Shown: piece by piece, positions 44,853 through 56,468 of the stretch
Position numbering within the stretch: the first letter of the stretch is position 1
Layout: each line of letters opens with the position of its first letter
Source of the DNA: Emiliania huxleyi CCMP1516
Taxonomy: Eukaryota
DNA length: 64,000 bases
Reading direction: 5' to 3'
Assembly: GCF_000372725.1 (NCBI RefSeq)
Contig: NW_005202237.1
Span: 372,001-436,000 of the forward strand
Made by a program: the position numbers and the translations under genes
Notes under the pieces: generated by a model
What the model was told of the DNA's origin: nothing
The model's input: the letters and a program-made list of their open reading frames with translations, nothing else
The model's database searches: none

Positions 44853-45205
44853 TAAAGCAGAGGGAAGGCCAGCAGCGAAACGGCTCGCGGCAGTTTGACG
44901 CACAACGCATCTCGGTATCTCGGCTCATCTCGGCTCATCTCGGCTCATCTCGACTGATCTCGGCTCATCTCGGCTTATCTCGGGCCATCTCAGCGCATCT
45001 CGGGCCGCGGCGGCGGGGAGGGCGGCGACGGCGAGGGCGGCGGCAGCCCGGGCGGCGGCAAGGCGGCGACCGCGGAAGCAATGACGCGGCGGCGGCGGCG
45101 GCGGCGTCGCGAGGGTGGCGGCGGTGGCGGCGAGGGCGTGGGCGTGGCGGCGACGGTAACGGCCGACGAGGGTGGGCGGCGGTGGCGGCGGCGGCGAGCG
45201 CGTCT

Positions 45206-47163
45206 CTACTTGCTCGCGCCTCCCGTGTGCTGCCTCGACAGGTACGCCTCGAGCGCCTCTGTCGTCCTCACATTCGCCAAGAGCTCCCAAGTCTGCTCGG
45301 ATTCATCTTCCCCATCGACCGGAGCCCAACGCACCAGATACTCAACGCTCGATCCGGAGATGCGGTGTGCGGTGATCTCTTCGATAAGATACTCCTCCTC
45401 GTCCTTGTCCTCGTCCTCCTCATCGGTCTCCGAGTCCGACACGAGCACGCGCTGCTTGCGCTGCTTTGGCTTCTGTGCTGCGGCCTTCCCTCCCTTGCCC
45501 CCATCAGCGCTGCTGCCCTTGCGCCGCCGCGGCTTTTGGGGCGAGGCCGACCGCCTCGCCCGCTTCTTCTTGAGCAGCGGCGTGCCCGCCGGAGCAGATT
45601 GCGCAGGCGGCGGCTTGCGGCCGGCAAACGGCGGATTAGGCGGAGGCTGCGCCAGTCGCGGCGCGGCGGGCGCGGCGGCGGGTGCGGGAGCAGGTGCAGG
45701 AGGCGGGGCGGGGGGGAGGGAACCCCGCAAGGCCGTGACGGAAGTGAGGACTCGCGAAACCTCCTCAGCCTTGTCCGCTGGCAAGCGGGTGCGTGCGGCA
45801 GTGGCGCCAGCACGCGCTGGCTGCCCCAACGAGCCAGATGCGGGCGGTGCGATCGAGTTTTCTTTCGCCTGGTCGCCGCGAGCGCCGCCACCCTCGCCGC
45901 CACGAGCGCCGCCGCGAGCGCCGCCGACCCCGCCACCGAGAGCGCCGTTGTCACCTATGAGACAGTGTCGTTGCATGCAGGCCGACATATCTCTCGCTCC
46001 TCGTCGTTGTTGCCGAGGATATTCTCTCCAGTCCCGGTGGTGCAGGCCGCAAACATGGCCTGCAGGCCGGGGTTGGGGCGGATGCCGTTCTCCATAGCCG
46101 CCTCGACCTGGTCGCCAATCATCCGCTTTTCGTTAGCGCCGCCTCCCGCTGCCTCTGGTCGAGGAGGTCGACCAGAAGGTTGCCCGTTGTACGAGGTGGA
46201 GTTTGTCTTCTGCGCCTTGTGTGAGGGTGAGCGAGTGTAGGGAGTCACCCTCTTGCGTGCGCGCAGCCCACGCGTAGTCCACCGCAACCAGGTCTTTCAT
46301 GACTGTCCACTCGCGGTTTGGCAGCTGCAGCAGCGCGCCGACGAGCTCGCTGGTCATGGATGCCCCGTGGCGAGCAGCGAGACGTGAGAAAGCAGTGCAG
46401 GTCTCGCCGATGGCATGAGCGAAATCATAAGTGGTCAGCGCCTCGAGGCGTAAGTTGCCACGACACACTCGCACGCGCGTTCCATCCTCGAGTTGCACCA
46501 CGTACCGATCAGCTTCAGCTGAGTAGTTCACGATTGTGCCACTCTGCTCATTCATGACAGTGTGGGCAGCAAGCTTGCACAGCGCTACTTTGGTCCCTGC
46601 GGGCGGGACGCAGCGGCTCGCATCGACATCATCATCGTCATCTGCCATCTCGGCGTCGTCGGCGCATTCGTGCTTTGCTCCGTACATCTCGACCAGCGCA
46701 GCGCGGCCAGCGCTGGTTTGAAGCTTCGAGACGAGCTCGAGCACCTGCAGGCGCGGGGGCTGCGACTGGTTGGGCGCGAGCGCTACGTGCGGCAGCGGCA
46801 GTAGCAGCAGCAGCTTGCCTGCGGCAGCTCATCTTCGCCGGCCGCGTCTAGCACCATGCGCATAACGCCTTTCGTCTCCGGCTCATTACGCAGGTGCCTC
46901 TTGGCGTTGGCGCGCTCTTTGCCGCCGACGATGTTGTACGTGCCTCCTTGCAATTTCGCTGCGTGGACACTCCACTCCTCCACTACGAGCTCGAGTGTGT
47001 CGGCCAGCGATCGAGAAGTTGCTTGTTTGGGCCGTGCGACATCGAGGAGACGCTGCAGCATCTTGATGGCATAGCCGTCGCCATCGCCGTGGTCCTCATC
47101 AGCAGCGGCTCCGCTCTCCCTTTCCTTCCTCTTGCCGCCAGTGTGTCGTAGCGTCGAGAGCAT
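45206..47163 (-). pseudogene. Chromodomain-containing protein with an upstream SH3/Tudor-like module; frameshifted or complexly spliced
   Basis: C-terminal EEYLIEEITAHRISGSSVEYLVRWAPVDGEDESEQTWELLANV. Internal PAGTKVALCKL...MNEQSGTIVNY...RYVVQLEDG..VRV...NL. There is a GC-AG intron at about 46746-46819 and frame breaks at about 46200 and 45960. Confidence 0.65.
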
Positions 47164-47839
47164 GCTGGGCGCGAAACGGACCGGAGCGTCGAACTCCGGA
47201 ACCACCCCCTCAGTTGCGGGGAGAAAAGACTGATAAATAGAAGAAAAGAAAGTACGGGCGCCGACGTGAAACTTCCGCGACGTGAAGATGGCAGGGCATG
47301 CGCTCCGACCGTCTGGACTCGTAGAAAGTACGAATAAAAGAAGCTGCCCACGGCTACGCTCGAGCACTTGAGTGAGCACCGGATAGGGTCGATTCCGCAT
47401 GGTACGGGACCCCTCGATCGTCTCGCCCATCCGCTTCTGGCAAATTGTGTGTGCCAGTCAGGTGCCAGTACTCGTAGCCGTGGGTAGCACCTTTTATTCT
47501 TTTTCTTTGAAAGAAAGTTGAAAGCCTCCCTTGCGCCTAGGGTTGCCTTTTCTTTCTTTTTCTTTGAACAGGTCTATCACTGCGCAGAGGGGCCCCCGGA
47601 GGAATGCCCACTCTCTCAATCAACCGCTCCACGCCACGCCGCTTGCGGCGGTAAAGAAAGAAAGGGGCGGTGTCGGAGGAAAGAAGGAAAGAAAGAACAG
47701 ACAACAACCTCCAAGTGCTCCAACCCAAAAGAGGGATGGGAGGGATGGGAGGACGGCGGGGAACATTCTTTTATTGCGCGTTCCCTGGTCCCTCGCTTTG
47801 GCCTTTGCCACGTCGTCCCCTTATTGTATATTGACGGCG

Positions 47840-48756
47840 ATGTTCTCGGACGATGAGGCGCGGCGTGTGGCGAGGGCGGCGGTGGAGCGGAGCCAGGGCT
47901 GGCTGAGGGCGACCGACCCGGGCCGCGCCTTCGAGTCGCTCTCGTGGCGGCGCTCGGCGGGGACGATGCGGCGCGGCGTGTGGCGAGGGCGGCGGTGGAG
48001 CGGAACCCGGCCTGGCTCGCGGCGACCGACCCGGGCCGCGCCTTCGAGTCGCTCGTGGCGGCGCTCGGCGGGGACGATGCGGCGCGGCGTGTGGCGAGGG
48101 AGGCGGTGGAGCGGAACCCGGCCTGGCTCGCGGCGACCGACCCGGGCCGCGCCTTCGAGTCGCTCGTGGCGGCGCTCGGCGGGGACGATGCGGCGCGGCG
48201 TGTGGCGAGGGAGGCGGTGGAGCGGAGCCCGGGCTGGCTCGCGGCGACCGACCCGGGCCGCGCCTTCAAGTCGCTCGTGGCGGCGCTCGGCGGGGACGAT
48301 GCGGCCGCGCGGCGTGTGGCGAGGGCGGCGGTGGAGCGGAACCCGGACTGGCTCAAATCGTGCAGCCAGGCGCACCAGCTTGGGCAGCGATTGGCGCGAG
48401 AGGCGTCGATACACACTGCATCCTCTCGCATCGACACAATGCGAGGCGCCCAAGCCGCCGCGGCGGCAGCAGCGCTTCAGCAGCAGCAGCAGCTGCTGGC
48501 GCAGCTGGACGAGGTGCAGCGGTTGAGCGTCGGCCTTCCTGTCGGCTGGAGCGTCAAAGTCTCAAATTCGACGGGCAAGGCGTACTACGTCTCGCCTTCG
48601 AATCAGACGACGTGGGCGCGGCCCCAGACTGCGACTGCTCCGCCTGCGGCTACTCCGGCTCCGATGGCACAGCCGGCGGCTGTGCTCGGGCCATTCAACG
48701 CCCTCCCTCGAGTCGAGGTGGGGCGCAAGCGGGGCCGAGATCGTGGCGGAACCTAG
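47840..48756 (+). CDS. 37-aa tandem helical-repeat protein with a C-terminal WW domain; 2-bp frameshift near 47940
   Basis: About 4.6 copies of a 111-bp unit (AALGGDDAARRVAREAVERNPAWLAATDPGRAFESLV), then polyQ and LPVGWSVKVSNSTGKAYYVSPSNQTTWARP. Confidence 0.65.
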
Positions 48757-49494
48757 GCCGATATGCATGTGAGTTTCGACATTCCACTGAGAGGGCGTGA
48801 TTTCTTTAAATGTAAATGTGTTATCGGTGTGCAGAGATTGTCGGCAAGCCTCGTCGAAGTTTCCTCGTCGAAGCCTCGGCAAACGTGTTTGATTCTTCCT
48901 TTTGTTCACCTTTTCTTTTGAATAGGTTCGTCCTCCGCATGGAGTGAAGCCCTACGGGCACCCCGAACTCCCACACGACGCGCGGCCCAGCACTTGGTTT
49001 AAAGTCACGTGATTAAATAAAAAATCTCCCGCGCGCTCCCGCGCGTTAGGGATGTCAGTACCTACGCTGAGGAGTGCGGGACCACCCCGTATGACCTCTT
49101 CCGAGCACTTTCTCCCTATGTGCCATGAAATCTCTGCACAGCACAACAGGAAACTTTCGGCACAACAGGAAATGTCCGGCGCAAGAAGAATTTTACTAGC
49201 AAGAAGAAGAAGAATTTTACGCCGCCTCCCCCCAACAAACTCCCACACACGCATGTACATACATATGTTGCTTTGCCCGTTCGCTCGTCGTCCCTCCTCG
49301 CGCAAGAAGCGCAGCTGGCACTCGCGCGGATGGGAGATCAACGGAGAGCACTTGGAGCACTTGGAGTGTGTCTTATAAAATGAACTCGGGGGCACGGCAC
49401 GCGGCACAGGTTAGTAGCTTCACATCCAGGACCGGCTCCGGCGCAAAGGGCTTTAGCGAAGTTTCAGCGCAGCGACGCTACTTTCGACGTGAAC

Positions 49495-50355
49495 ATGGCC
49501 GCAGCGACGCTAAAGCCCAGGCCGTGGGTGAAGATCGCCCAGACCACCTTCTTCTCCGGCGTCGCTGCGGGAACGGCCGGCCTCTCCTACTGGCAGCTCC
49601 AGCGCCGCCAGTGGAAGCTGGCGCTCGTGTCGGAGCGGGAGGCGACGCTGCACGCCGCCCCAGAGCCGCTGGCGGCGGTGGTGCCTGCCGCGGCTCGGGC
49701 GGACGGCGTGGCGCCGAAGCACGAGTTCCGGCGCGTCGAGTGCCGCGGCACCTTTGATCACCGCCAGCAGCTGCTCATGGGCCCGCGCTCCGCGCCGGCG
49801 GGCGTCGATGCGGCGCCGCCAGGCGCAAAGCCGCCTCCCGGCGGCGCGGGCATGACGGGTTGGGACGTGATCACGCCGCTGCGCTGCACGGACGGCGGCG
49901 CGGTGCTCGTGAACCGCGGCTGGGTGCCTCGGGATCAGGTGGACCAGGTCTCTCAGCCGGTGGGAGAGCTTTGCGTCGACGGCGTCCTGCGTTGTGGCGA
50001 GGCGGGCAACCGCTTCACGACAAACGACGCCGCGCAGCGGCGGTTCGTGTACCTCGATGCGGAGGCGATGGCCGATGCGACGGGAAGCAGCCCCGTCGTC
50101 CTGTACGAGACGCCCAGCCAGCGCCCCTCGCCGGGCGGAGGCGGCTGGCCGCTGCAGCGGCCGCTCTCCTCCTTCCTCGAGTTCCACGTCAAGCCGGAGA
50201 CGCACCTGGTGCGGCGGGCGGCGGCGCGGCGGCGCGGCACGCAACGAGAGCCGCTCACCCCCCCCCCCCCCCTCTTCCCGCAGGTGTACAGCGCGACCTG
50301 GGCCTCCCTCAGCGGACTGATGGCGCTGATGACGGCAATCCGGCTGAGGCGCTGA
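49495..50355 (+). CDS. SURF1: SURF1/Shy1 cytochrome c oxidase assembly protein, 2 exons
   Basis: GLSYWQLQRRQWK, EFRRVECRGTFDH, GWDVITPL, VLVNRGWVP and THL|VYSATWASLS. The intron is at about 50209-50283. Confidence 0.92.
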   Translation: MAAATLKPRPWVKIAQTTFFSGVAAGTAGLSYWQLQRRQWKLALVSEREATLHAAPEPLAAVVPAAARADGVAPKHEFRRVECRGTFDHRQQLLMGPRSAPAGVDAAPPGAKPPPGGAGMTGWDVITPLRCTDGGAVLVNRGWVPRDQVDQVSQPVGELCVDGVLRCGEAGNRFTTNDAAQRRFVYLDAEAMADATGSSPVVLYETPSQRPSPGGGGWPLQRPLSSFLEFHVKPETHLVRRAAARRRGTQREPLTPPPPLFPQVYSATWASLSGLMALMTAIRLRR

Positions 50356-50887
50356 GCGCTTGTGCCGAAGGGAGGTCGAGGCCGCGGCGGAGGCGGAGGC
50401 GCGAGGCCGCGTGCTGTGCGTGCGCGGTGCCGGGAAACGTTCACTTGGGTGTGTGTGGGGGTGTACTCTGTGCCGGCGCGTGTGGTGCGCAGCAGAGTGG
50501 TGGCTGGTGCCGGTGTGTGACGCGTGCCTGTGCCGCGGGGAGCTATCTTCGCGCAATCCGCGCGGCGTGTGGGCGCCGCTCGGTCTGTGCTGTGCTCGCT
50601 GACGGGAAATGTTGTGATAGAGGGTGCCCATACTAGGTACTAGCGGCACCGGGCACCGCCTCGGTATACAAAATGCGCCTGCGGGCGGACCCTCACAGAT
50701 CACAGATCACTCTATAGCGCAGTAACTGCGCCCCACACTCGCCCGGACCGTCCCCTTCTGGGTCCGGTTCCGCAGACTGTAGGCGGTTCGTGTTATGGTG
50801 GCGGCGACGAGAGCGGCCACCAAGGTTGAGAGAGGAAACCACACGACCGAAAATTATCTGACGCGCACTCGGGGCACTCGGCCTGCC

Positions 50888-51187
50888 TCAGCTGCCAAGC
50901 GCAGCGCGGATAGGCTGCAGGAGAGGAGCGAGAGCGGGTATGGCCGCGGCGGTCTCCGTGCAGAATGCACCGATCTGGCGAGGTCCGGCGAGGCAGAAGC
51001 TGACTGCCGCGTGTATAACGAGGCCGAAACCCCAGCACACGAGAGGCCACAAGAACCACGGCGGAAAAAGGAGCGTTGTCATGAGATTGATCATGAAGAG
51101 GAGCGCGTTGACGGCGATATACGCCACGGCGTGGATGAGCAGGGCGCCGAGTACGGCCCGGGTCAGCGGGCTGACCTTGGTGGACAT
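50888..51187 (-). CDS. 2TM-domain (PF13239-like) small membrane protein
   Basis: IHAVAYIAVNALLFMINL...PWFLWPLVCWGFGLVIHA matches the H..xY..VN...IN...PWF.WP...WG.GL..H pattern. Confidence 0.7.
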   Translation of the reverse strand: MSTKVSPLTRAVLGALLIHAVAYIAVNALLFMINLMTTLLFPPWFLWPLVCWGFGLVIHAAVSFCLAGPRQIGAFCTETAAAIPALAPLLQPIRAALGS

Positions 51188-51721
51188 TACACACCCGGCC
51201 AGAGAGTGACAGGAGAGGAGTGACAGAGGGGGCCGTCTGGCGTTATCGCAAGAATTCTACGAATACAAGCCCCTCTCACAGCACGAACTAGCACCACAAA
51301 AGGCACAGAAAAAGTCTTGGGTTGTGTTCTTTCTTTTTCATGGCGGGAAACGTGCACGACCGGAAACACGCAATTAATGCGTCAGGACCCACCCCATAGG
51401 CCCCGCCCCCGCTTCCCCTCACCCCCTGGCCCTGCGCGCTCCTCGGACCTCGCAGAGGCGCGCTCTCGAGCTAAAAAGGTAAAATCGCCTGCGTCACAGC
51501 AGAGAGGGGGGGTATCTAGATCAGAGGAAAGCGTGTTTAGTTAGACTTTTTCATTTTTTAGGTGTGTGAGAGAAGCGTCACCGCGTCACGACTGTGAGAA
51601 AAAAAACTGCAGGCGGCCCGCGTGCCGCGAGACGTAAACGTAAACCATTTTTTTGTCTGCATGCACTCTGATCGTCTGATGGCCTCCAGATCAATCAGCG
51701 CATCGCAGCGCACCCGCAATA

Positions 51722-54547
51722 TCATCTTCCGATGGGCCCCGCTTGGATGGTCGCGAGCGCGTCCCACACGAGAGTGAGGTCGGCCTTCGAGACGCCAAAC
51801 AGGTCGCGCAGCCGCGTGTAGATCAGGAACTGGAGCGACGAGAGGAGCATCGCGAAGAGGCCGCGCGGCGCGAGCCCCTGCAGCGCGAGCCGAGGCTCGG
51901 CGGCGAGGCGAGAGGTCGCCGAGCCGAGCGTCGCGCCCTCCTCGTTGGTGAGCGTCAGTAGCGCGTCGGCGGGCTGCGACGCGAGCGCCGCGAAGAGGCC
52001 GGCGACCGACCCGGCGGCGAGGGGAAGCCCGACCGAGAGGAGGGCGCCGCCCTGCGCGTCGGGCAGGGCGGCGGCGAGCAGCGCGGCGACGCGGTCGAAG
52101 ACGACGAACTTGGTCACCACGAAGGGCACCTCCTTGAGGAGGATCGGCCCGAGCCCGCGGTAGAGCGCGGCGGCCCCCTCGTCGGCGACAATCTGCTGCA
52201 CGGCCGCGAGCGACGACGCGCCGTTCCGCACCGCCCCTATCCTCACCGCCTCAAACGGGCAAACCACCGCCGCGCAAAAAGCGGTCGCGCACGCCGACGC
52301 AAGCGCGAGCAGCGGCGTCGAGAAGAAGAGCGAGTTGCCCGCGCCCGCTGCCTCGTTGATGGCGCGCGAAAAGACCTCCAGCAGCCCAAAGGCGCACGCG
52401 CCAGCCAAGGCGTACCCGAACGCCGTCGCGCCGGCGCCCTGCAGGAAGGCGGCGGCGCCCTCTTCGGACGCGGCCAACGAGCGAGCGCAGTCGAGCGGCC
52501 CAGAGTAGGTGCCCGGCGGCTCCGTCTGCAGCCTCGTCTTGACCACGTCGAGAGGCACCTGCCCCACAGCCAGACAGCGCGTGAACGGCGCTCCACAGAC
52601 GCCCCCCGGCCGACGTCCTCTGGCGGACCAGCAGAGTGTGCGCGACCGAAGAGCAGAGTCCGCCGGCTAGGAAGATCTTTGCCGCCGCCGCCGGCTGCAG
52701 CCCACTCACTCGCTCGACGGGCGCCGCCGCGCGCGAGCCGAACGCGCCGGCAGGCACCGCCACCGCCAGCCCGAACCTGCCGTCCGCCTCGCGCCTGGGG
52801 ACGAGGCCGGCCGGCAGCATCTGCGCGCGCGCGCGCGCAGGCTCGGTGCGCTCGGCCGCCGCCGTCGGCAGCGGCAGCCCCACCGACGCGGCCGGAGGCG
52901 TCGCGGGCCCGAGATAGACCTGCGAGCACAGCGCGGGCGAGGCGTGGGGTGGTGTCGTGGGGAGTGTGTGCTAGGCGACGACAGCTTTGCCTCTGGCGAC
53001 ATGGGGACCGGACGGCATGAGGGCGGCCCCTCTCGGCCCCTCTCGGCTCCTCTCGGCCCCTCTCGGCTCCTCTCGGCTCCTCTCGGCTCCTCTCGGCTCC
53101 TCTCGGCTCCTCTCGGCCCCTCTCGGCCCCTCTCGGCTCCTCTCGGCTAGTCTCGACGTTGGATGGCGTGCGTGCGGCAGCCTCGAGCGAGCGGCTGAGC
53201 TCGGACAGCTCAGAGGCGTTTGGGGGAGGCGCGGCGCGGGGGGTGAGCGACGCGCGGAAGCGGGCCCTCGACGCCTAATCTCGGCTGATCTCGGCTAACC
53301 TCGGCTGCATCTCGGCTGCATCTCGGCGGAAGTGAGCCCCCGGCGCCGGGTCGGCGACGAGCCGTGTGTAGTTCGCCACACTCGCCGCGAGGGCGGAGCC
53401 GCCGAGGCCGCCCGGGCTGGCAACGGCGGCGGAGACGGCGGGTGGGGGGGCGACAGTCACAGCGGGCGGCTCGTCCGCGTTGTAGCCGGCGCCTGCACCT
53501 CGGGTGATCTCGGGTGATCTCGGGTGATCTCGGGTGATCTCGGGTGATCTCGGGGGGGTCTCCCGGCCGTTGGTTGCTGCCGGCGCCTGGGTCGGTCAGC
53601 TCGACCGCCGCGATCTTGTACTCGGCCAGCAGATCCGCCCTCGCCTGGTGATCTCGGGTGATCTCGGGTAATGTCGGGTGATCTCGGGTGATCTCTTTCC
53701 TCCGCTGTCCACTCCGAAGGGCGAGTGTCTATGAGGTGTCTGCGAGGTGTCTAGGAGGTATCTCGGAGGTGTGTGGGAGGTGTCTGGGAGGTGTGTCTAC
53801 CTGAGGTGTCTCCTGAGGTGTCTGCGAGATGTCTGTGAGGTATCTGTGAGGTGTGTGGGAGGTGTCTGTGAGGTGTCTGTGAGGTGTCTGTGAGGTGTGT
53901 GGGAGGTGTGTGGGAGGTGTGTGTGAGGTGTGTGTGAGGTGTGTGGGAGGTGTGTGGGAGGTGTCTGTGCTGTGTCCTCCCCTCGCCTGCCGCGCGCCGC
54001 CCGCGAGCGCCGACGCTGGCGGCGCGATGCGCACTCGCGCGGCGGAGGGTGCAGAGCCGTTCCCCTGCCTTGCCAAGTAGCCCTCGCCACACGCGACCAG
54101 CTGCACACGCGCCACGGACCCGTTCCTCATCACCGCCACCGCACACGCCGGCGCGGTGCGGCCGCCGTCGCCGTCGGCCAGCCCGCCGCCGCCCTCCTCT
54201 GCCGCTGCGGGGAGCGGAGGGCCATCGATGGCCACCTCAGGCACCTCCCCGTCGGCGTAGCCAGCGCCGCCGTCGAGCAGACGCACCTCCCGCCACCGGC
54301 CGGTCGGCCGCATCAGCGCGCGAGCCTTGGCCGTCCGGCCGCCTGTTCGCAGCAAGGAGGCGTGTGAGAGGGGCGCTGCTCCCCGCGCGCGTGAGCTCCT
54401 CTCGCGCTCGGCCGCCGCGGTCGAGCGACGGGGGAGGGCCGACCGTGACGGAGGGAGGGGTCGCCGAGTAGCCTGTCGCCGCAGTCTCGAGCTGGACGGA
54501 GGCGAGGCGGCTGGCATCCGCCTGGGGCCGGGGAGGGCGGCGAGGGT

Positions 54548-54580
<33 letters not shown>

Positions 54581-54590
54581 CGGAGGTGAA

Positions 54591-54631
<41 letters not shown>

Positions 54632-55446
54632 AGGCGGTGGAGGCGACTGAGGTGCCTCTTCGATGAGCTTCGAAGTTGCTTGCTTGCTTGCTTGCGTGCT
54701 TGCTTGCTGCTGCTGCTGCTGCTGCTTCGAGGAGGAGCTGCTCCCAACTTGTGCTACTGCTGCGGCGCCTCTCGCTGCTGTTGCTACTGCTGCCGCGCCT
54801 CTCCGATGAGAGAGCCGATGAGGCGCGTGGGCTGCTGCTCGCGCTCGATGAGGCAGAGAAGGTGGGCGAGGAGGCGCTTCTGGCCCGCCGAGGAGTACTT
54901 GTTGGCCAGCGCCTCTCCCAGCCTGCCCGCGCCCTTCTCGCCGTAGTACCCCTCGAGACCGACCTCGACCGAAGTGACGAGCGAGGAGAACTTGGACGCG
55001 AGGAAGGCATCGCGCCGCTGTTCGCCGAGCAGACCGACGATGCCGTCGCTCGCCTCGTCGTCCATCGTAAAGGACTCCGCCTCCGAGACCTGCGTCTGCC
55101 ACCACCGCCGCGTCGTCGGCTCGTTGTTGAGCAGGAATCGAGAGAGATACGCAGCAAACGTCGTCGAGTACTGCTGTTCGGTCCGCGCGAGCGCGCCGCG
55201 CCCGACGTCAACGCTGCTCAGCGGCCGGTAGACGAGCGATGAGTCGGCGGCGGTGGCAGGCGCGACGAGGGACGGGCCGGCGGCGGCGGCGGCGGCGGCA
55301 GTGAGCAGCAGCGAGCGACGAGAGGGAGCTGTGTCGTATGTGTTGAACAGCTGCTGTGGATGCGCGTGCCGAGGGCGCGGCAGAGGGACGCCGCAGCGCA
55401 TACGGATGGGCAGAGGAGGATGGTGGGTCGGCGAGGCCAAGACCAT
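51722..55446 (-). CDS. Mitochondrial-carrier-family (phosphate carrier-like) protein with a long N-terminal extension; multi-exon
   Basis: The carrier part has FLAGGLCSSVAH, VPLDVVKTRLQ, FLQGAGATAFGY, CPFEAVRI, LYRGLGPILLKEVPFVVTKFVVFD and SQPAD. The N-terminus has SRRSLLL...APATAA and GxGY-containing repeats. Confidence 0.8.
53030..53150. repeat. Intronic 10-bp tandem repeat (TCTCGGCTCC)n, one of many CTCGG-core arrays
   Basis: Related arrays occur at 29028-29100, 33610-33740, 44908-45000, 53278-53325, 53500-53550 and 53650-53695. Confidence 0.9.
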
Positions 55447-55922
55447 TCAGACAAGCCGAGCTGCCGCTTCGGCCGCGCGAAAAAGAATTACAATCGCCCG
55501 TGTCTGCGCAAGTGAGTGTAGAGCGGTGGTGTGGGGCGTGCAGTGTGGTGTTCATTAGCTCCGAGTAGAGGGGGCGTCCTGCAGTTAAGGGGAGACCCGG
55601 TACGCGGGGCTAACCCTCGGAGACCCGTGTTTACTTTACGGCCCTTTCCCTGCGAACGCGCACCCCCAGGGCTAGGGCTCTCTTGCCCGCAACCCGATGC
55701 CAATCATCCGGCCCGCTGGGTGCGCTTCTTAGCTCCCCGGCCCTGGATGTGCGGTTAATGACTGCACTCCAAGTGCTCCAAGTGCACCTATAACGAGTAG
55801 CGCTACTCGGGGCCACGTGCCCCCTCGCGCTCGCCCCCTGTCGCCCGCCCCCCAGCACCCTAGGTGCCAAGGGCACGAACAACAGCACAACAACACAAAC
55901 AAGGCGACAGGGAGGGCACGTA

Positions 55923-56468
55923 CCGTCGGGTCTCATTTTAAGGTGCCTCTTCATTCATGCCAGTTTCGGAGCACGGAGGGCAAACCCTGCCCGGCCCCTA
56001 GGACGCCAGGTAAGGCCCAGGTGTGGCCTAGGGCATCAGAAGGGACCAAGAGGAGTCCTGAGCCATGGAGCCCATGCATGTCTTTGCCCCCGAAGGTCGC
56101 GTTCAAATGCCCGGAGGAACGGCCGTCTCAGTGATGTCCGGCCGGCGCGATCACCGAGCTGTGACGCTCAGGGAAGCCTGATGAGGTACTGGTTCTTTGC
56201 CCAGGCCTGGCCTACGGCCCATATGCTGGATCAGCTGAGCAAGGTTTGGGGAGAATCCTATAGTAGGATCTTCAGATATTTTGACGGACGGCCGAAAATG
56301 GGCAAAAACGGGGTGATTTCGTGTACACCCTCCCCCCCCCGCCCGGGTGTTTAGCAATTGGTCCCTTGGCAACTGCGAATCGGTGGGCCCCCCTGGCTCC
56401 AGCAACTGATCCGGCACTACACCCGGATCTATTGCTGTTAACCTCGTCTTAAAATAGAGACCCGACGG
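55923..56468. mobile_element. Tc1/mariner (pogo-like) non-autonomous element, 546 bp
   Basis: TA|CCGTCGGGTCTCATTTTAAG ... CTTAAAATAGAGACCCGACGG|TA. The TIR is about 20 bp with one indel, and the TSD is TA. Confidence 0.85.
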
